Shown in pieces: positions 23,584-35,735 of a stretch of 64,000 nt of DNA. The notes below the pieces were generated by a model. The model was not told where the DNA came from. It was given only the letters and a program-made list of their open reading frames with translations, and searched no databases. The position numbers and the translations under genes were made by a program. The stretch lies in contig CAVTCR010000062.1 in assembly GCA_963733195.1 (NCBI GenBank), forward strand, positions 288,001 to 352,000, given 5' to 3'. This DNA comes from an uncultured delta proteobacterium. Its GTDB lineage: Bacteria > Desulfobacterota > Binatia > Bin18. Each line of letters begins with the position of its first letter. Position 1 is the stretch's first letter.

Positions 23584-24469
23584 ATCTTCTCTCCCAGAAG
23601 CTGCCGCGGTGGCGATGCAAGTTGTGATCGTCTCTGGTCTTTCGGGGTCAGGCAAAAGCACGGCTATTCATGTACTTGAAGATCTCGGGTTCTATTGTAT
23701 CGACAACCTGCCGGTGACTCTCATTCCTCGTTTTCTCGAACTGTGCGCCAATAGCGAGGAACCGATCACCCGCGTCGCGCTGGGCATCGATCAGCGAGAA
23801 CGTGTGTTCCTTCGTAGTTATCCTGATGTCTTGGCCGACTTGCGTAACCGCGGACAACGAATTCAAATTCTCTATCTCGAAGCAGCTGACGAGGTGCTGC
23901 TTCGACGCTTTAGCGAGACTCGTCGTCCACACCCTGCAGCTGGCAGCCGCGGGGTTGCCGAAGGCATCCGCACCGAACGGGAATTACTCGCTGGACTCCG
24001 CGAGCTCGCCACACAAATCATCGATACGTCGACTTTTACCGTTCACGAACTGCGCGAAAAGCTACGGCAAACCCTTTCTCATTTTCATACGCAGAACACA
24101 CTTCTGGTAACACTAGAGTCTTTTGGGTACAAATACGGAGTACCCGTCGATGCGGATGTCATGTTTGATGTGCGGTTTCTCTCCAATCCCTTTTTCGTTG
24201 AAGAACTACGCCCCCAGACTGGCCTTGCGCCGGATGTCGCCACCTACGTTCTTCAACGCCCAGAAGCGGAGATCTTTCTCACTCAGGTGAGTGCGTTACT
24301 CGAATCAACCTTACCCCTCTATATTCGCGAAGGGAAAAGCTACCTCACCGTGGCGGTTGGTTGTACGGGTGGTCGGCATCGGTCAGTTGCTGTGGTTGAA
24401 GAACTCGGACGACGGTTGACGGCGTGGGGGTATGCCTCGCACCTCCATCACCGTGACCTCCAGCGCTAG
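23561..24469 (+). CDS. rapZ: RNase adapter RapZ
   Basis: [41 protein letters not shown]. Confidence 0.95.
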   Translation: MKKTPDSESSLPEAAAVAMQVVIVSGLSGSGKSTAIHVLEDLGFYCIDNLPVTLIPRFLELCANSEEPITRVALGIDQRERVFLRSYPDVLADLRNRGQRIQILYLEAADEVLLRRFSETRRPHPAAGSRGVAEGIRTERELLAGLRELATQIIDTSTFTVHELREKLRQTLSHFHTQNTLLVTLESFGYKYGVPVDADVMFDVRFLSNPFFVEELRPQTGLAPDVATYVLQRPEAEIFLTQVSALLESTLPLYIREGKSYLTVAVGCTGGRHRSVAVVEELGRRLTAWGYASHLHHRDLQR

Positions 24470-24485
24470 GAGCACCGGCACACGT

Positions 24486-24767
24486 ATGGCAGACGAGCCA
24501 AGTACAGCCGCCCAACTGACGCTCATCAACAGGCAAGGCCTCCACGCGCGTGCGGCTGCAGCATTTGTTCGTGCCATTACTGGACTTCGAGCAGACGTCA
24601 CAGTGAGTTGGCAAAATCAGACTGTCAATGGCCGCAGCATGCTCGAATTGATGACCCTCGGAGCCCCTCCCGGTAGTGTCCTTGAGGTGACCACAAGCGG
24701 CGTCGATGCGGAAGCTGCACTGGCGAAGCTCACCGAAGTGATTGCCAATCGCTTTTATGAAGAATGA
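24486..24767 (+). CDS. ptsH: HPr/NPr phosphocarrier
   Basis: NRQGLHARAA with phospho-His; NGRSMLELMTL. Confidence 0.85.
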   Translation: MADEPSTAAQLTLINRQGLHARAAAAFVRAITGLRADVTVSWQNQTVNGRSMLELMTLGAPPGSVLEVTTSGVDAEAALAKLTEVIANRFYEE

Positions 24768-24775
24768 AAAACGAG

Positions 24776-24851
24776 CGTAAAACGTAAGGCGTAAAACGTA
24801 AAAAGGGGGCAGAAGTAGTTACGTTTCACGTTTCACGTTTTACCTCTTACG
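24776..24851. repeat. inverted pair of heptamer arrays (CGTAAAA / TTTCACG)
   Basis: cgtaaaa-cgtaagg-cgtaaaa-cgtaa, short spacer, then ttacg-tttcacg-tttcacg-ttttacc-tcttacg. Confidence 0.85.
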
Positions 24852-24957
24852 TTCGTCGCATTTGCCCCTTGACGCTCCTATCGCTATCCTATTACATGCG
24901 CCTGCTTTCCAGGCGAAGGCGTAGAATCAGCAGAAGCAAACGAAGGAGACCGCTATT

Positions 24958-26136
24958 ATGCCGGCAAAAGATTTCCTCTTTACATCGGAGTCGGTGTCTG
25001 AGGGGCACCCAGATAAGATGTGTGACCAGATTTCCGACGCTATCTTAGACGCACTGATCACGAAAGATCCCGACAGTCGTGTTGCGTGCGAAACCCTTGC
25101 CAAAACAGGTATGGTCGTTGTTGCCGGCGAAATCACGACGCGAGCCATCATCAACTACTCAGATGTGGTTCGCGAGGTCGTCCATGACATTGGCTACACG
25201 AGTTCCGACCTGGGCTTTGACGCCACGACCTGCTCGGTCCTGAGTGCCATTGGGCAACAATCTCCTGACATCTCACAAGGAGTCACTGAAGGTGAAGGAC
25301 TCCATAAAGAACAAGGCGCCGGTGACCAAGGCATGATGTTTGGTTTCGCTTGTGACGAAACCAAAGAATTTATGCCATTCCCTATCTACACCGCGCATCG
25401 CCTGGTCGAGGCCCTGACCCAGGCACGCAAGAGTGGCCAACTGCCGTTCCTCCGTCCCGACGCCAAATCTCAGGTCACCGTCCACTACAAAGATGGGAGA
25501 CCCGCACGCGCCGACACCGTTCTCATTTCAACCCAGCACAGTCCGGATGCTGCGTATAACACCATCAAAGAAGCTGTCATTGAAGACATTATCAAGAAAG
25601 TTGTGCCAAAAGAGTTCATAGACAATAAGACGGTCTTCTTGGTCAACCCCACTGGTCGTTTCGTTCACGGTGGTCCGTTTGCCGACTGCGGACTAACGGG
25701 TCGGAAGATTATCGTCGATACCTACGGTGGCTATGGCCGGCATGGTGGAGGGGCGTTTTCCGGCAAGGACCCGTCCAAAGTCGATCGTTCTGCCGCATAT
25801 ATGGCCCGCTATATCGCCAAGAACGTCGTTGCTGCAGAACTGGCCGCACGGTGTGAAGTACAAGTGGCCTACGCGATCGGCATGGCGCAACCGGTATCAG
25901 TCTTGGTAGACACGTTCGGTACTGGAGCGATCCCGGACGAGCAGATCTCCAAGATTGTGACTGAACTCTTCGACCTGCGTCCGGCGGAAATCGTCAAAAC
26001 GTTGGGACTCAAAAAGCCGATCTACAGACCAACCGCAGCCTACGGCCATTTCGGTCGTCCGCCCGAAGGAGAAAAATTTACCTGGGAACGCATTGATCGT
26101 GTGGACGCTCTCAAACGCGCAGCAAAAATCGCTTAA
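24958..26136 (+). CDS. metK: S-adenosylmethionine synthetase
   Basis: [46 protein letters not shown]. Confidence 0.98.
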   Translation: MPAKDFLFTSESVSEGHPDKMCDQISDAILDALITKDPDSRVACETLAKTGMVVVAGEITTRAIINYSDVVREVVHDIGYTSSDLGFDATTCSVLSAIGQQSPDISQGVTEGEGLHKEQGAGDQGMMFGFACDETKEFMPFPIYTAHRLVEALTQARKSGQLPFLRPDAKSQVTVHYKDGRPARADTVLISTQHSPDAAYNTIKEAVIEDIIKKVVPKEFIDNKTVFLVNPTGRFVHGGPFADCGLTGRKIIVDTYGGYGRHGGGAFSGKDPSKVDRSAAYMARYIAKNVVAAELAARCEVQVAYAIGMAQPVSVLVDTFGTGAIPDEQISKIVTELFDLRPAEIVKTLGLKKPIYRPTAAYGHFGRPPEGEKFTWERIDRVDALKRAAKIA

Positions 26137-26141
26137 CCTGA

Positions 26142-27443
<1,302 letters not shown>

Positions 27444-27500
27444 GTTCAGTTTCTGTATTGATATGAAATAAATGGGAGAGGGGGAGGAAGCGTCAACGGT

Positions 27501-28961
27501 ATGAACGCAGTTATTCCTACGCATTTTGCTTTCTCCTCCGCTCCCCTCACCATTTGTACTCCCCATCTCATAGGGCCGCTTTTACGGAAAGTTCTCACCG
27601 CAACTTTCCTGATGTTGTTGCTGAGTTCTTTCGTTTCTGCCGCACCACATCGTCCGGCCATTCAAGGCATTCGTACCATTTCTTCAGCGGATGAGACCCG
27701 TGTCGTTATCTCACTCTCAAGTCCGATTGCGTATGAACTGATAGCGGAACCGTCCATCGTAGCATCGGCCTCCCCATCGCGCCTGCATATTCGTTTTTCT
27801 CCGGCAAGCCTTGCGCCCGGCATTCGCACAAATGCGAAAATTGATGATGGGATATTGAGAGAAGTACGAACCGGATTGATTACTGATTCGATCGTGCGCA
27901 TTTCGCTTGAGGTCGAGCAACTTGGTGCCTATCGTGCCACAGCATTCCGTTCACCAGACCAAGTCGTTATCCAGTTACGAAAGCAGTCAGAGAACCGCGT
28001 CGCTGCTCGTCCTCCCACTTCACTCCTGTCAGGCTCACAAAAAGTCCCAGCAGACCGCCAAGTCGCAATCACTCCACCATTCCCTGCTCCCCCTCCCCCA
28101 TTCGAGGACCGGCAACAGCCTTCGACTACGCCGCTCCCTCCGACTCCACCATCAAAAGCCCCAGTAGACCGCCAGATGCTACTCACACCCCCACGCACTT
28201 CTCCCTCTCCATCCCCTGCACAAGTCAAAGAGCCTCCAGCTCCTCCCTCTACACCTCGCTCACGCTATCGTATTATGCTCGACCCTGGACACGGTGGATC
28301 TGACCCTGGGGCTCAAGGTGTTAACGGTCTTCACGAGAAAACAATTGTGCTGGCTGTCAGTAAACAACTCGCACAGAAACTGCGTACTCGTTTGGGCGCA
28401 GACGTCATGCTTACACGTACTGATGATGTATTTATTCCTTTACCTGAGCGAACCGCCCGGGCAAATGCAGCAAAAGCAGACCTGTTTGTCTCCATTCACG
28501 CAAACGCGAGTCCGAACCCAGAAACGCAGGGCATAGAGACCTATTACTTGAACAACACCGAGGATCGCGCAACCATCCGGCTGGCAAAGTTAGAGAACGG
28601 TATCCGAGCGAAGCAACAACTGCCGCAAAGAGAAGACTCACTTTCGTATATCCTTAGTGATCTCATTCAGACAGGCAAAGAAGAGGAATCGATCGCACTG
28701 GCGCAGGCAGTACAAACAGCACTTATCGATCAAGTGAGAACCGCCGTACCGCTGGCGCACGATTTGGGGGTAAAGAAAGGACCGTTTTATGTACTCGTCG
28801 GCGCGCACCTGCCTTGTATTCTGGTTGAACTTGCCTTTCTTACCCACGCTGACGAAGCGCAACGCCTCGGCTCCGCTACCTATCAAGAAACTTTGGCTGA
28901 AGGGTTGTTTCGTGGGATTGCGGACTTCCTACGCACGGATCTCTCAGCAAAGGATCTGTAA
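27501..28961 (+). CDS. N-acetylmuramoyl-L-alanine amidase (AMIN + Pro-rich linker + Amidase_3); start uncertain
   Basis: TRVVI AMIN-like domain; LDPGHGGSDPGA, EK, FVSIHANA, PFYVL, ILVELAFL. Confidence 0.9.
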   Translation: MNAVIPTHFAFSSAPLTICTPHLIGPLLRKVLTATFLMLLLSSFVSAAPHRPAIQGIRTISSADETRVVISLSSPIAYELIAEPSIVASASPSRLHIRFSPASLAPGIRTNAKIDDGILREVRTGLITDSIVRISLEVEQLGAYRATAFRSPDQVVIQLRKQSENRVAARPPTSLLSGSQKVPADRQVAITPPFPAPPPPFEDRQQPSTTPLPPTPPSKAPVDRQMLLTPPRTSPSPSPAQVKEPPAPPSTPRSRYRIMLDPGHGGSDPGAQGVNGLHEKTIVLAVSKQLAQKLRTRLGADVMLTRTDDVFIPLPERTARANAAKADLFVSIHANASPNPETQGIETYYLNNTEDRATIRLAKLENGIRAKQQLPQREDSLSYILSDLIQTGKEEESIALAQAVQTALIDQVRTAVPLAHDLGVKKGPFYVLVGAHLPCILVELAFLTHADEAQRLGSATYQETLAEGLFRGIADFLRTDLSAKDL

Positions 28962-29077
28962 GCCTTTTTTTCTCTGCCTATCATCACTGGTAATCGGAGA
29001 CATGGTACGCCTGCACAACTCAGACCGGCGTGCTAGTATTGACTCTCGATGCCAATGACCATGAGGTGGAGCACGCT

Positions 29078-31804
29078 ATGACTGAGACTGACCCGCATCT
29101 GATGGCAGAAATATTTGACATCCCGCTGCCACCACTCCCACCGGCTGACCTTGATGTTGAGGCGGACCCGCAATTCAATCTCCGTGCCCTAAGCAAAGAG
29201 TATCGCGCTCGGGTACTCAGCAAATTGGAAAAACATCACACCGCAGGAGCAAGTGGCACGACTCTCGTCAATCTTCACACCCACCTCATCGATCGCTTGA
29301 TCCGGTACCTCTTTGCCGCAGCAACTCAGCTGTATACACGTCGGAATCCGCGACTACACCAACGCTGTGCTGTCTTTGCCCAAGGCGGCTATGGCCGTGA
29401 GGAACTCAATCCCTACTCTGACATCGACCTCCTGTTCCTCTACCATTGGAAGATTTCTCCCTATGTAGAAACTATCTGTGATACCTTATACTATAGCCTG
29501 CTCGACGCTGGATTCGTGGTTGGTCATGCCGTTCGCAACGTTCGCGAGTGTGTCAATCTGGCGAATCGGGATCTCCAAGTCAAAACTGCCCTCATTGATC
29601 ACCGGTTTCTCTGTGGTGACGAACAACTCGCTCGTGAGCTCACCACAGCCACTGAACGAGAGATTATCGCGAAGAACTCCGACCGCTTCTTTCAGGACAA
29701 AGCCCACGAGAGTCAAGAACGCCACCGTCGACATGGGGATTCGATCTACATGCTTGAACCCCACCTCAAAGAGGGAAAAGGCGGTCTGCGGGATCTACAT
29801 ACCGCAGGATGGCTCGTCAAGGTCAAGTTCAAGATCAATAGTCTCCGCGAGTTGATTCCCAAAGGAGTCGTGTCATCAGCGCAGTTGGATGAGGTTGAAG
29901 CAGCACGCGACTTCTTATGGGGAGTACGTAACAGCCTGCATTTCCTCGAACACGCTGAACAAGACTTGTTGACGTTCGAACGGCAAGAAGCACTTGCTCC
30001 ACAACTCGGCTTTGCTGATGTCACAAGTTTTATGCACGAGTATTATCGTCACGCCACAACGATCTCCGCGTTTTCCCGCCTGTTACAAGACCGCTGTGTC
30101 ACCACCTCTCGGCTCTCGTCGTTCCTAAGTCGGGCACGCGGGCGGGAGATTCGTGAAGGGATACGGATCGTTGGCAACTTACTTACAGTTACAAAACCGG
30201 AGATCTTAACTCGCGACCCACTCAACATGGTGACCGTTTTCTATGATGCCCAACGTCACGGTGCGCAACTTGAGAATGACACGCGTCAACTCATACGTGA
30301 CACATTGACCGGTCTGCCTACCACTCTTGGTGAATCCCCTCCTCTACGGAAAGCCCTCTTCGAGATACTTGCGTGGAAGCAACGCGTATCTCCAACAGTG
30401 AATGACATGCATGACCTCGGCGTCCTTGATTGGTTGCTACCAGAATTCGGACGCTTACATTGGCGCACGCAGCGCGAACTCTATCATGTATACACAGTGG
30501 ATGCACATTCCTTGCGCGGCATCGCAGAAATCGAACAATTGCGCGACGGTGAATACAAGGCATCCCATCCATTGCTGACACAAGTTGTTAGGGAAATTGA
30601 TAGGATAGAATTTTTGTTCTTAGCGATCCTCTATCATGATGTCGGAAAAGGGTACGGTCACGACCATGACGAACGGGGAGCGGCGATGGTGAAAGACACC
30701 GCTGCACGGTGGAATCTCTCTCCTGACGATACCTACGAATGGCATTTCCTCGTGCAGCACCATCTACGGATGTCGTATATCTCTCAGCGTCGTGACCTGT
30801 CGGACGACACGGTTATTGCTGACTGCGCGCGGTTCGTAGGAACCCCCGCGCTTCTCAAAAAACTGTACTTACTTACCTTTGCCGACATGAAAGCCGTCGG
30901 CCCTAAAGTCTGGAACCCTTGGAAAGGGGAATTGCTAGACGAATTGTATCTACGCACTTTGGAACTTCTTGAAACTGGAGAGCCGGTCGAGGAAAACCGC
31001 GAGGCGCGATTGCACCGGCGTAAAGAACGGTTTACTCAAGTCCTCACTCAGACGGCGACACCGGCAGCGGCAGCAGCGTTCCTCGCGGCCGCGCCGGAAA
31101 ATTATCTCTTATCCACTCCCGAAGAAGCAGTCCCGCGGCACTTCGAACTGGTCACCCGATTTCTCCGCCAGAATGGTACCGGTGAACCGGACCCCTATCG
31201 TGCAACACTCACCCATTTCCCTGAGCGTGAGTTTAGTGAGTTAACGATTGTGACACGAGATCGTCCAGGACTCTTCGCGATGCTGACTGGCGTGCTCACC
31301 TCTGTAGGTCTAAATATTGCCGGAGCACGCATTGCTACAAGCCGAGAGGGCATTGCACTCGATGTCTTTCAGCTCTCACACGTCGAGCGCAAAGATGTCG
31401 TCATGGATACCGACACCTGGACGCATATCTATTCACGACTCGCGGACGTCTTACACGGCAAACGGACGCTCGACGACCTGTTACGTGCAACCCGGGCACC
31501 TTCGTTTCTTACTAGGAAACAGTCACGGTATAGTACAGATGTCACTGTAGATAATGAGATCTCTCCCCGTTACACGGTCGTTGATATCACCGGTCCAGAT
31601 CGTATGGGGTTCCTCTTTACAGTCACATACACTCTGTTTACTCTCGATCTAGAAATTCACGTAGCGAAGATCACCACGAATGTCGATCACGTCCTCGACG
31701 TGTTCTATATCACTGATAGACATGGATCTAAGGTAAGTAATCCCGACCATGTTGCAGAGAGTATCCGCCAACGACTAATCGACACAAACGGAGGGGAACG
31801 ATGA
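29078..31804 (+). CDS. glnD: [protein-PII] uridylyltransferase
   Basis: GGYGREELNPYSDIDL, EPHLKEGKGGLRD, HVYTVDAH, HDVGKG, two ACT domains (DRPGLF, DRMGFL). Confidence 0.95.
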   Translation: MTETDPHLMAEIFDIPLPPLPPADLDVEADPQFNLRALSKEYRARVLSKLEKHHTAGASGTTLVNLHTHLIDRLIRYLFAAATQLYTRRNPRLHQRCAVFAQGGYGREELNPYSDIDLLFLYHWKISPYVETICDTLYYSLLDAGFVVGHAVRNVRECVNLANRDLQVKTALIDHRFLCGDEQLARELTTATEREIIAKNSDRFFQDKAHESQERHRRHGDSIYMLEPHLKEGKGGLRDLHTAGWLVKVKFKINSLRELIPKGVVSSAQLDEVEAARDFLWGVRNSLHFLEHAEQDLLTFERQEALAPQLGFADVTSFMHEYYRHATTISAFSRLLQDRCVTTSRLSSFLSRARGREIREGIRIVGNLLTVTKPEILTRDPLNMVTVFYDAQRHGAQLENDTRQLIRDTLTGLPTTLGESPPLRKALFEILAWKQRVSPTVNDMHDLGVLDWLLPEFGRLHWRTQRELYHVYTVDAHSLRGIAEIEQLRDGEYKASHPLLTQVVREIDRIEFLFLAILYHDVGKGYGHDHDERGAAMVKDTAARWNLSPDDTYEWHFLVQHHLRMSYISQRRDLSDDTVIADCARFVGTPALLKKLYLLTFADMKAVGPKVWNPWKGELLDELYLRTLELLETGEPVEENREARLHRRKERFTQVLTQTATPAAAAAFLAAAPENYLLSTPEEAVPRHFELVTRFLRQNGTGEPDPYRATLTHFPEREFSELTIVTRDRPGLFAMLTGVLTSVGLNIAGARIATSREGIALDVFQLSHVERKDVVMDTDTWTHIYSRLADVLHGKRTLDDLLRATRAPSFLTRKQSRYSTDVTVDNEISPRYTVVDITGPDRMGFLFTVTYTLFTLDLEIHVAKITTNVDHVLDVFYITDRHGSKVSNPDHVAESIRQRLIDTNGGER

Positions 31805-32730
31805 CTGAGGATCCGCAAGTACTGCCCCCAGCGACTCCGTCCGACACTCAGATCGATCGTTTTCTCGCCTACATTACAGTTGAAAGAGGCTTAGCCGCGA
31901 ATACCGTTGAGGCGTATGGGCGAGATCTTGCGGACTTGCGTCGCTATATCGTTACGCAAAATATGGACGATCTGAGCACAGTAGGCTCACGTCATCTCAT
32001 CGGATTCCTCACCACATTGCGTGATCGTGGGCTTTCTGCACGAAGCCAAGCACGCATACTCACCACTCTGCGTCGATTCTATCAGTTCCTTGAACGTGAG
32101 GAGATGCTCACAGGCAAGAACCCCACTGCCCATTTGTTGCTGCCCAAAATCGGCCGTCGGTTACCACAAGTACCGTCACAGCAACAAGTCAAAGCGGTTC
32201 TTGAGTTGCCGGACAACAACTCTGACCTTGGCATTCGCAATCTTGCGATGTTGGAGTTGCTCTATGCCTCTGGATTGCGCGTGTCTGAATTGATTCGCTT
32301 GGAGGTCAAACAAGTCAATTTAGAAGCCGGGTTTTTGCGGGTTCGTGGCAAAGGCGGAAGAGAACGGCTCGTCCCCTTAGGGTCGAGCGCGAAAGATACA
32401 ATCCTTCACTATCTCAAAACCGCGCGACCAGCGTTACTCAAAGGGCGCGCGAGTAACTACCTCTTTCTCACTCGTTCTACCAAGCCAATGACTCGTCAAG
32501 CGTTTTGGCAGCTCTTACGACAATATGCACTCCAGAGTAGCGAGGGCGGTAAGTTCTATCCCCATGCATTACGACATGCTTTTGCTACGCATCTTCTTGA
32601 AGGTGGGGCTGACCTTCGTGCAGTCCAGGCTATGCTCGGTCACGTCGATATCGCCACCACGCAAGTGTACACCCACTTAACCAGCGAACGGTTACGAGAA
32701 GTACACAAGAAGTTTCATCCGCGTGGGTGA
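31801..32730 (+). CDS. xerD: site-specific tyrosine recombinase XerD
   Basis: ERGLAANTVEAYGRDL, LYASGLRVSEL, MTRQAFW, PHALRHAFATHLL, LGH.DIATTQVYTH, HPRG end. Confidence 0.93.
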   Translation: MTEDPQVLPPATPSDTQIDRFLAYITVERGLAANTVEAYGRDLADLRRYIVTQNMDDLSTVGSRHLIGFLTTLRDRGLSARSQARILTTLRRFYQFLEREEMLTGKNPTAHLLLPKIGRRLPQVPSQQQVKAVLELPDNNSDLGIRNLAMLELLYASGLRVSELIRLEVKQVNLEAGFLRVRGKGGRERLVPLGSSAKDTILHYLKTARPALLKGRASNYLFLTRSTKPMTRQAFWQLLRQYALQSSEGGKFYPHALRHAFATHLLEGGADLRAVQAMLGHVDIATTQVYTHLTSERLREVHKKFHPRG

Positions 32731-32826
32731 AAAGCGCAGGGGAAACAGCAAAACAGAAAACTCGTAGTTCATGGGTGGAAGGTACAGCGCTCAGCATGGA
32801 AGGCGGAATGGAGCGGCGGCTATTTC

Positions 32827-33001
32827 TTCCGGCAAGAGGTCCGCGCTATTATCGAGGGTATGGAGGGAATAGAGTGAGTGATGGCGACACTCCTCTACGA
32901 GGTAGGGTTACGGCCGATGGATTGTCTGCGCTTACGTACAGGAGATCGACTTTGGCAGTAATCAGATCACCGTTCGTGCAGGGAAAGGCGATAAAGATCG
33001 T
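32827..33001 (+). pseudogene. integron integrase (IntI-like) internal fragment
   Basis: Manual translation RQEVRAIIEGMEGIE*VMATLLYEVGLRPMDCLRLRT/EIDFGSNQITVRAGKGDKDR, with one stop and one frameshift; matches the IntI pattern LLYG.GLR..E.L.LR..D.DF....I.VR.GKG.KDR. Confidence 0.75.
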
Positions 33002-33096
33002 CGGGGTTGTGTGAATTGATTGATGCCGCACCGCTTTACCACCGGCAGCGATGGACACATTCAACGTAGAACAAGACCAATAAAGGGGAACTTGCC

Positions 33097-34080
33097 ATGA
33101 AGCTCGCGCTTTATCTACCGAATCTCCGCGACAAGATCACCGTCAGCGAAATCGTTGACCTGGCACGTGAAGCGGAGGCTCTCGAATTCGACTCGGTGTG
33201 GTCGCTGGACCGCATCGTGGTGCCGGAAGCCTCGGACCGACAGGAACTCGAGAAGCCTTTTGGCTTCATGACGGAATTCCCGAAGGCGCTTCCAGTCAGC
33301 GCACGTGCGGAGTTCCTGCATGGCTTGCCGCTCATTCCCTATCTGGCGGCAATTACGAAGCGAGTTCGGTTGGGGGTCAGTATCATTGTCACGCCATATC
33401 GCGCCCCCGGCGTGTTGGCCGCAGAAATCGCTACCTGGGATCACCTCTCGGGCGGGCGCATCAACGTTGGCGTGGGCTCAGGCTGGATGCCGGAGGAGTT
33501 CGCCGCGGCAAGCGCCGCTCACATCTACAAGAAACGTAACAAGCATGTGAGAGAAACGATCGAGGTGATGCAGGGGGTCTGGACCAACGAGTTGTTCGAG
33601 TACCATGGAGAATTCGCCGACTTTCCGAAATGTGGCTTCGGCGTGAAGCCGGTCCAGAAGCCACGGCCACCGATGTTTTTCGGGGGCTTAGGAAAGCCCG
33701 AGACCGCGGCGGCGCGTGTCGCCAAGTACGGCCTCGACGGCTGGATCGGGATCATGGACACGCCGGAAACGATCACCACCTGGCGCGCAGCCATCAAGGA
33801 CGAGTTCGTGAAGATGGGGAGCACGCATTCCATCGACGAGCTCGAAATCTCGAGCATGCTGCCGTTTGAGATCACGCGCGACAAAACTGATCAGACGCCA
33901 CGCGGCAAGCTCACGCCAACGCTGGTCGGCACTGCCGACCAGATCACTGACAATCTCAAGCGGTATCGGGATGCGGGGATGACGATGCCATTGTTGTGGC
34001 CGCCGTTCAGCGGGACCCCAACCGCGAAGACCATCGTGGACATGCGGCGGCTCGTGCACGACATTCTGCCTAAGGTCTAG
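33097..34080 (+). CDS. LLM-class flavin/F420-dependent oxidoreductase
   Basis: AEALEFDSVWSLD, ATWDHLSGGRINVGVGSGW..EF, KPVQKPRPPMFFGG. Confidence 0.9.
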   Translation: MKLALYLPNLRDKITVSEIVDLAREAEALEFDSVWSLDRIVVPEASDRQELEKPFGFMTEFPKALPVSARAEFLHGLPLIPYLAAITKRVRLGVSIIVTPYRAPGVLAAEIATWDHLSGGRINVGVGSGWMPEEFAAASAAHIYKKRNKHVRETIEVMQGVWTNELFEYHGEFADFPKCGFGVKPVQKPRPPMFFGGLGKPETAAARVAKYGLDGWIGIMDTPETITTWRAAIKDEFVKMGSTHSIDELEISSMLPFEITRDKTDQTPRGKLTPTLVGTADQITDNLKRYRDAGMTMPLLWPPFSGTPTAKTIVDMRRLVHDILPKV

Positions 34081-34230
34081 GACCGACTCGAAGAGGAGCA
34101 TAGGGGACGTTGCAAGGTTATTCAGGTTACAAGTGCTAAAGGGGCAGTGTTGCCTACGCAGGAGAGCAAAGCCACCTAATCCCTATGAGGTCGCCGGTGT
34201 CAAGCGGGCAGAGAGATACATCGCGGGGTA

Positions 34231-34323
34231 CACGCGCCACCGCATCGCCGCTCGGTTGCGGTTTGGAAGAAACCTGAACGGGTCGTGTTTGGCCGCGGCT
34301 CGAGTGATCGCCGGGCGTTGGGC
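34231..34323 (+). mobile_element. degenerate attC-like site
   Basis: Imperfect palindrome ending in GTTGGGC (fits GTTRRRY core); no intact RYYYAAC left end. Confidence 0.45.
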
Positions 34324-34428
34324 GCGACAAACTAGGACGGTCAGTACCTGAGCTTAGAACCCGCGGCGCCCGGAGTCCGCCGCATGCGCCGAGAGAAGTT
34401 CCTAACTTTTGCAGAGGAGGAGAAAAAT

Positions 34429-35544
34429 ATGCAACACACCAAGCCGCCGTTTCGCGCGGACCACATCGGCAGCCTTCTGCGTCCACCGCAATTACTCGCT
34501 GCACGTGCCCAGTATGCGGAGGGGCGCATCAGCAGCGAGGATTTGCGCAGCATAGAGGACCAGGCCATCCTGGATATCCTCAACGTACAGCGCCAGAGCG
34601 GGATCAATATCTACACGGATGGCGAATATCGGCGTCACTCCTGGCTGACCGCCATGAACGATGCGTTGGACGGGTTCGTTCCTGAGCACGTGCTGGTGCC
34701 GTGGCAGGGGCCAGGTGGGGGCATGACCAGAGTCTCCAGCCAAGTCGTGGGAGGCAAGCTGCGGCAGAAGCGCCGACTGCACGGCCACGAATCAACCTTC
34801 CTGAGAGAACATGCTCCTGGCCCATTCAAGATCACTCTCGCTAGCGTGATGATGTACGTAGGCCAGGCCTACAAGCCAGGCGTGACGGACAAGAGTTACC
34901 CGACAAGAGCCGACCTACGCACGGAGCTGATCGACATCGTGCGGAACGAGGTTCGACTGCTAGTGGAGGAGGGCGTTCCTTACATCCAGATCGACGACCC
35001 TAGCTTGACCTTCTATGTCGACGAGGGGGTGCGAGAGTTCATGCGCGAGCAGGGTCTCGACATGGACCATTGGGTGGATGATGCGATCGCCGCCGATAAC
35101 GCCTGTTTGGAGCCCGCAGTGAACTCCCCAAGTATCCGGGCGCTGCATCTCTGCCGCGGCAACTCACAAGGCCGGTGGCTAGTCAACGGTGGCTACGAGC
35201 CGATTGCCGAGCGCTTGTTCAACTTGGTGCAGGCCGACCGCTTCTTGCTCGAATACGACAGTGAGCGCGCGGGCGGCTTCGAACCGCTACGATTTGTACC
35301 CAGGGGTAAGACGGTAGTGCTAGGTCTGGTCAGCACCAAGAGCAAAGAGCTGGAGTCTCAGGACGATCTGCTGCGCCGCATTGAGGAGGCGTCCAAATAC
35401 GTGCCCGTGGAGAACCTGGCGATCAGCCCGCAGTGTGGCTTCGCGACCGTCTCCGTCGGAAATCCCCTCACGTATGACGATCAGCAACGCAAACTGCAGC
35501 TCGTGGTCGATACGACCGAGAAGGTTTGGGGCAGGCCGTTTTAG
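34429..35544 (+). CDS. cobalamin-independent methionine synthase II-like (single-domain MetE family)
   Basis: RADHIGSLLRP, TDGEYRR, Zn ligands HLCRGN, LLEYD, SPQCGF. Confidence 0.9.
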   Translation: MQHTKPPFRADHIGSLLRPPQLLAARAQYAEGRISSEDLRSIEDQAILDILNVQRQSGINIYTDGEYRRHSWLTAMNDALDGFVPEHVLVPWQGPGGGMTRVSSQVVGGKLRQKRRLHGHESTFLREHAPGPFKITLASVMMYVGQAYKPGVTDKSYPTRADLRTELIDIVRNEVRLLVEEGVPYIQIDDPSLTFYVDEGVREFMREQGLDMDHWVDDAIAADNACLEPAVNSPSIRALHLCRGNSQGRWLVNGGYEPIAERLFNLVQADRFLLEYDSERAGGFEPLRFVPRGKTVVLGLVSTKSKELESQDDLLRRIEEASKYVPVENLAISPQCGFATVSVGNPLTYDDQQRKLQLVVDTTEKVWGRPF

Positions 35545-35735
35545 AGGGAGGCTGTAGCGTCGGCCTGGGACCGGCGCTCGGTTCCCAGCAGGCTTTCACC
35601 TCACCTTCGATATCAAAGCCATCCCACTTCCGCTGGCTGGTAGGTAACTGCTTCAGAGCAGCAAGGGGAAAAAGGCTGATTTCTCTCCCTCTTCCCCTTT
35701 GACCCGTTTTCCCTTTCGCCCTTTTCGTATTCGGG

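Noticed and set aside
24850-24957. SAM/SAH riboswitch before metK-ahcY
   Set aside because: The region is short and lacks recognisable consensus elements.
28000-28260. Pro-rich internal repeat in the amidase
   Set aside because: Ordinary low-complexity linker between the AMIN and catalytic domains.
31801-32730. Prophage or integron integrase
   Set aside because: The motifs and the position after glnD fit housekeeping XerD, and there is no IntI-specific insertion.
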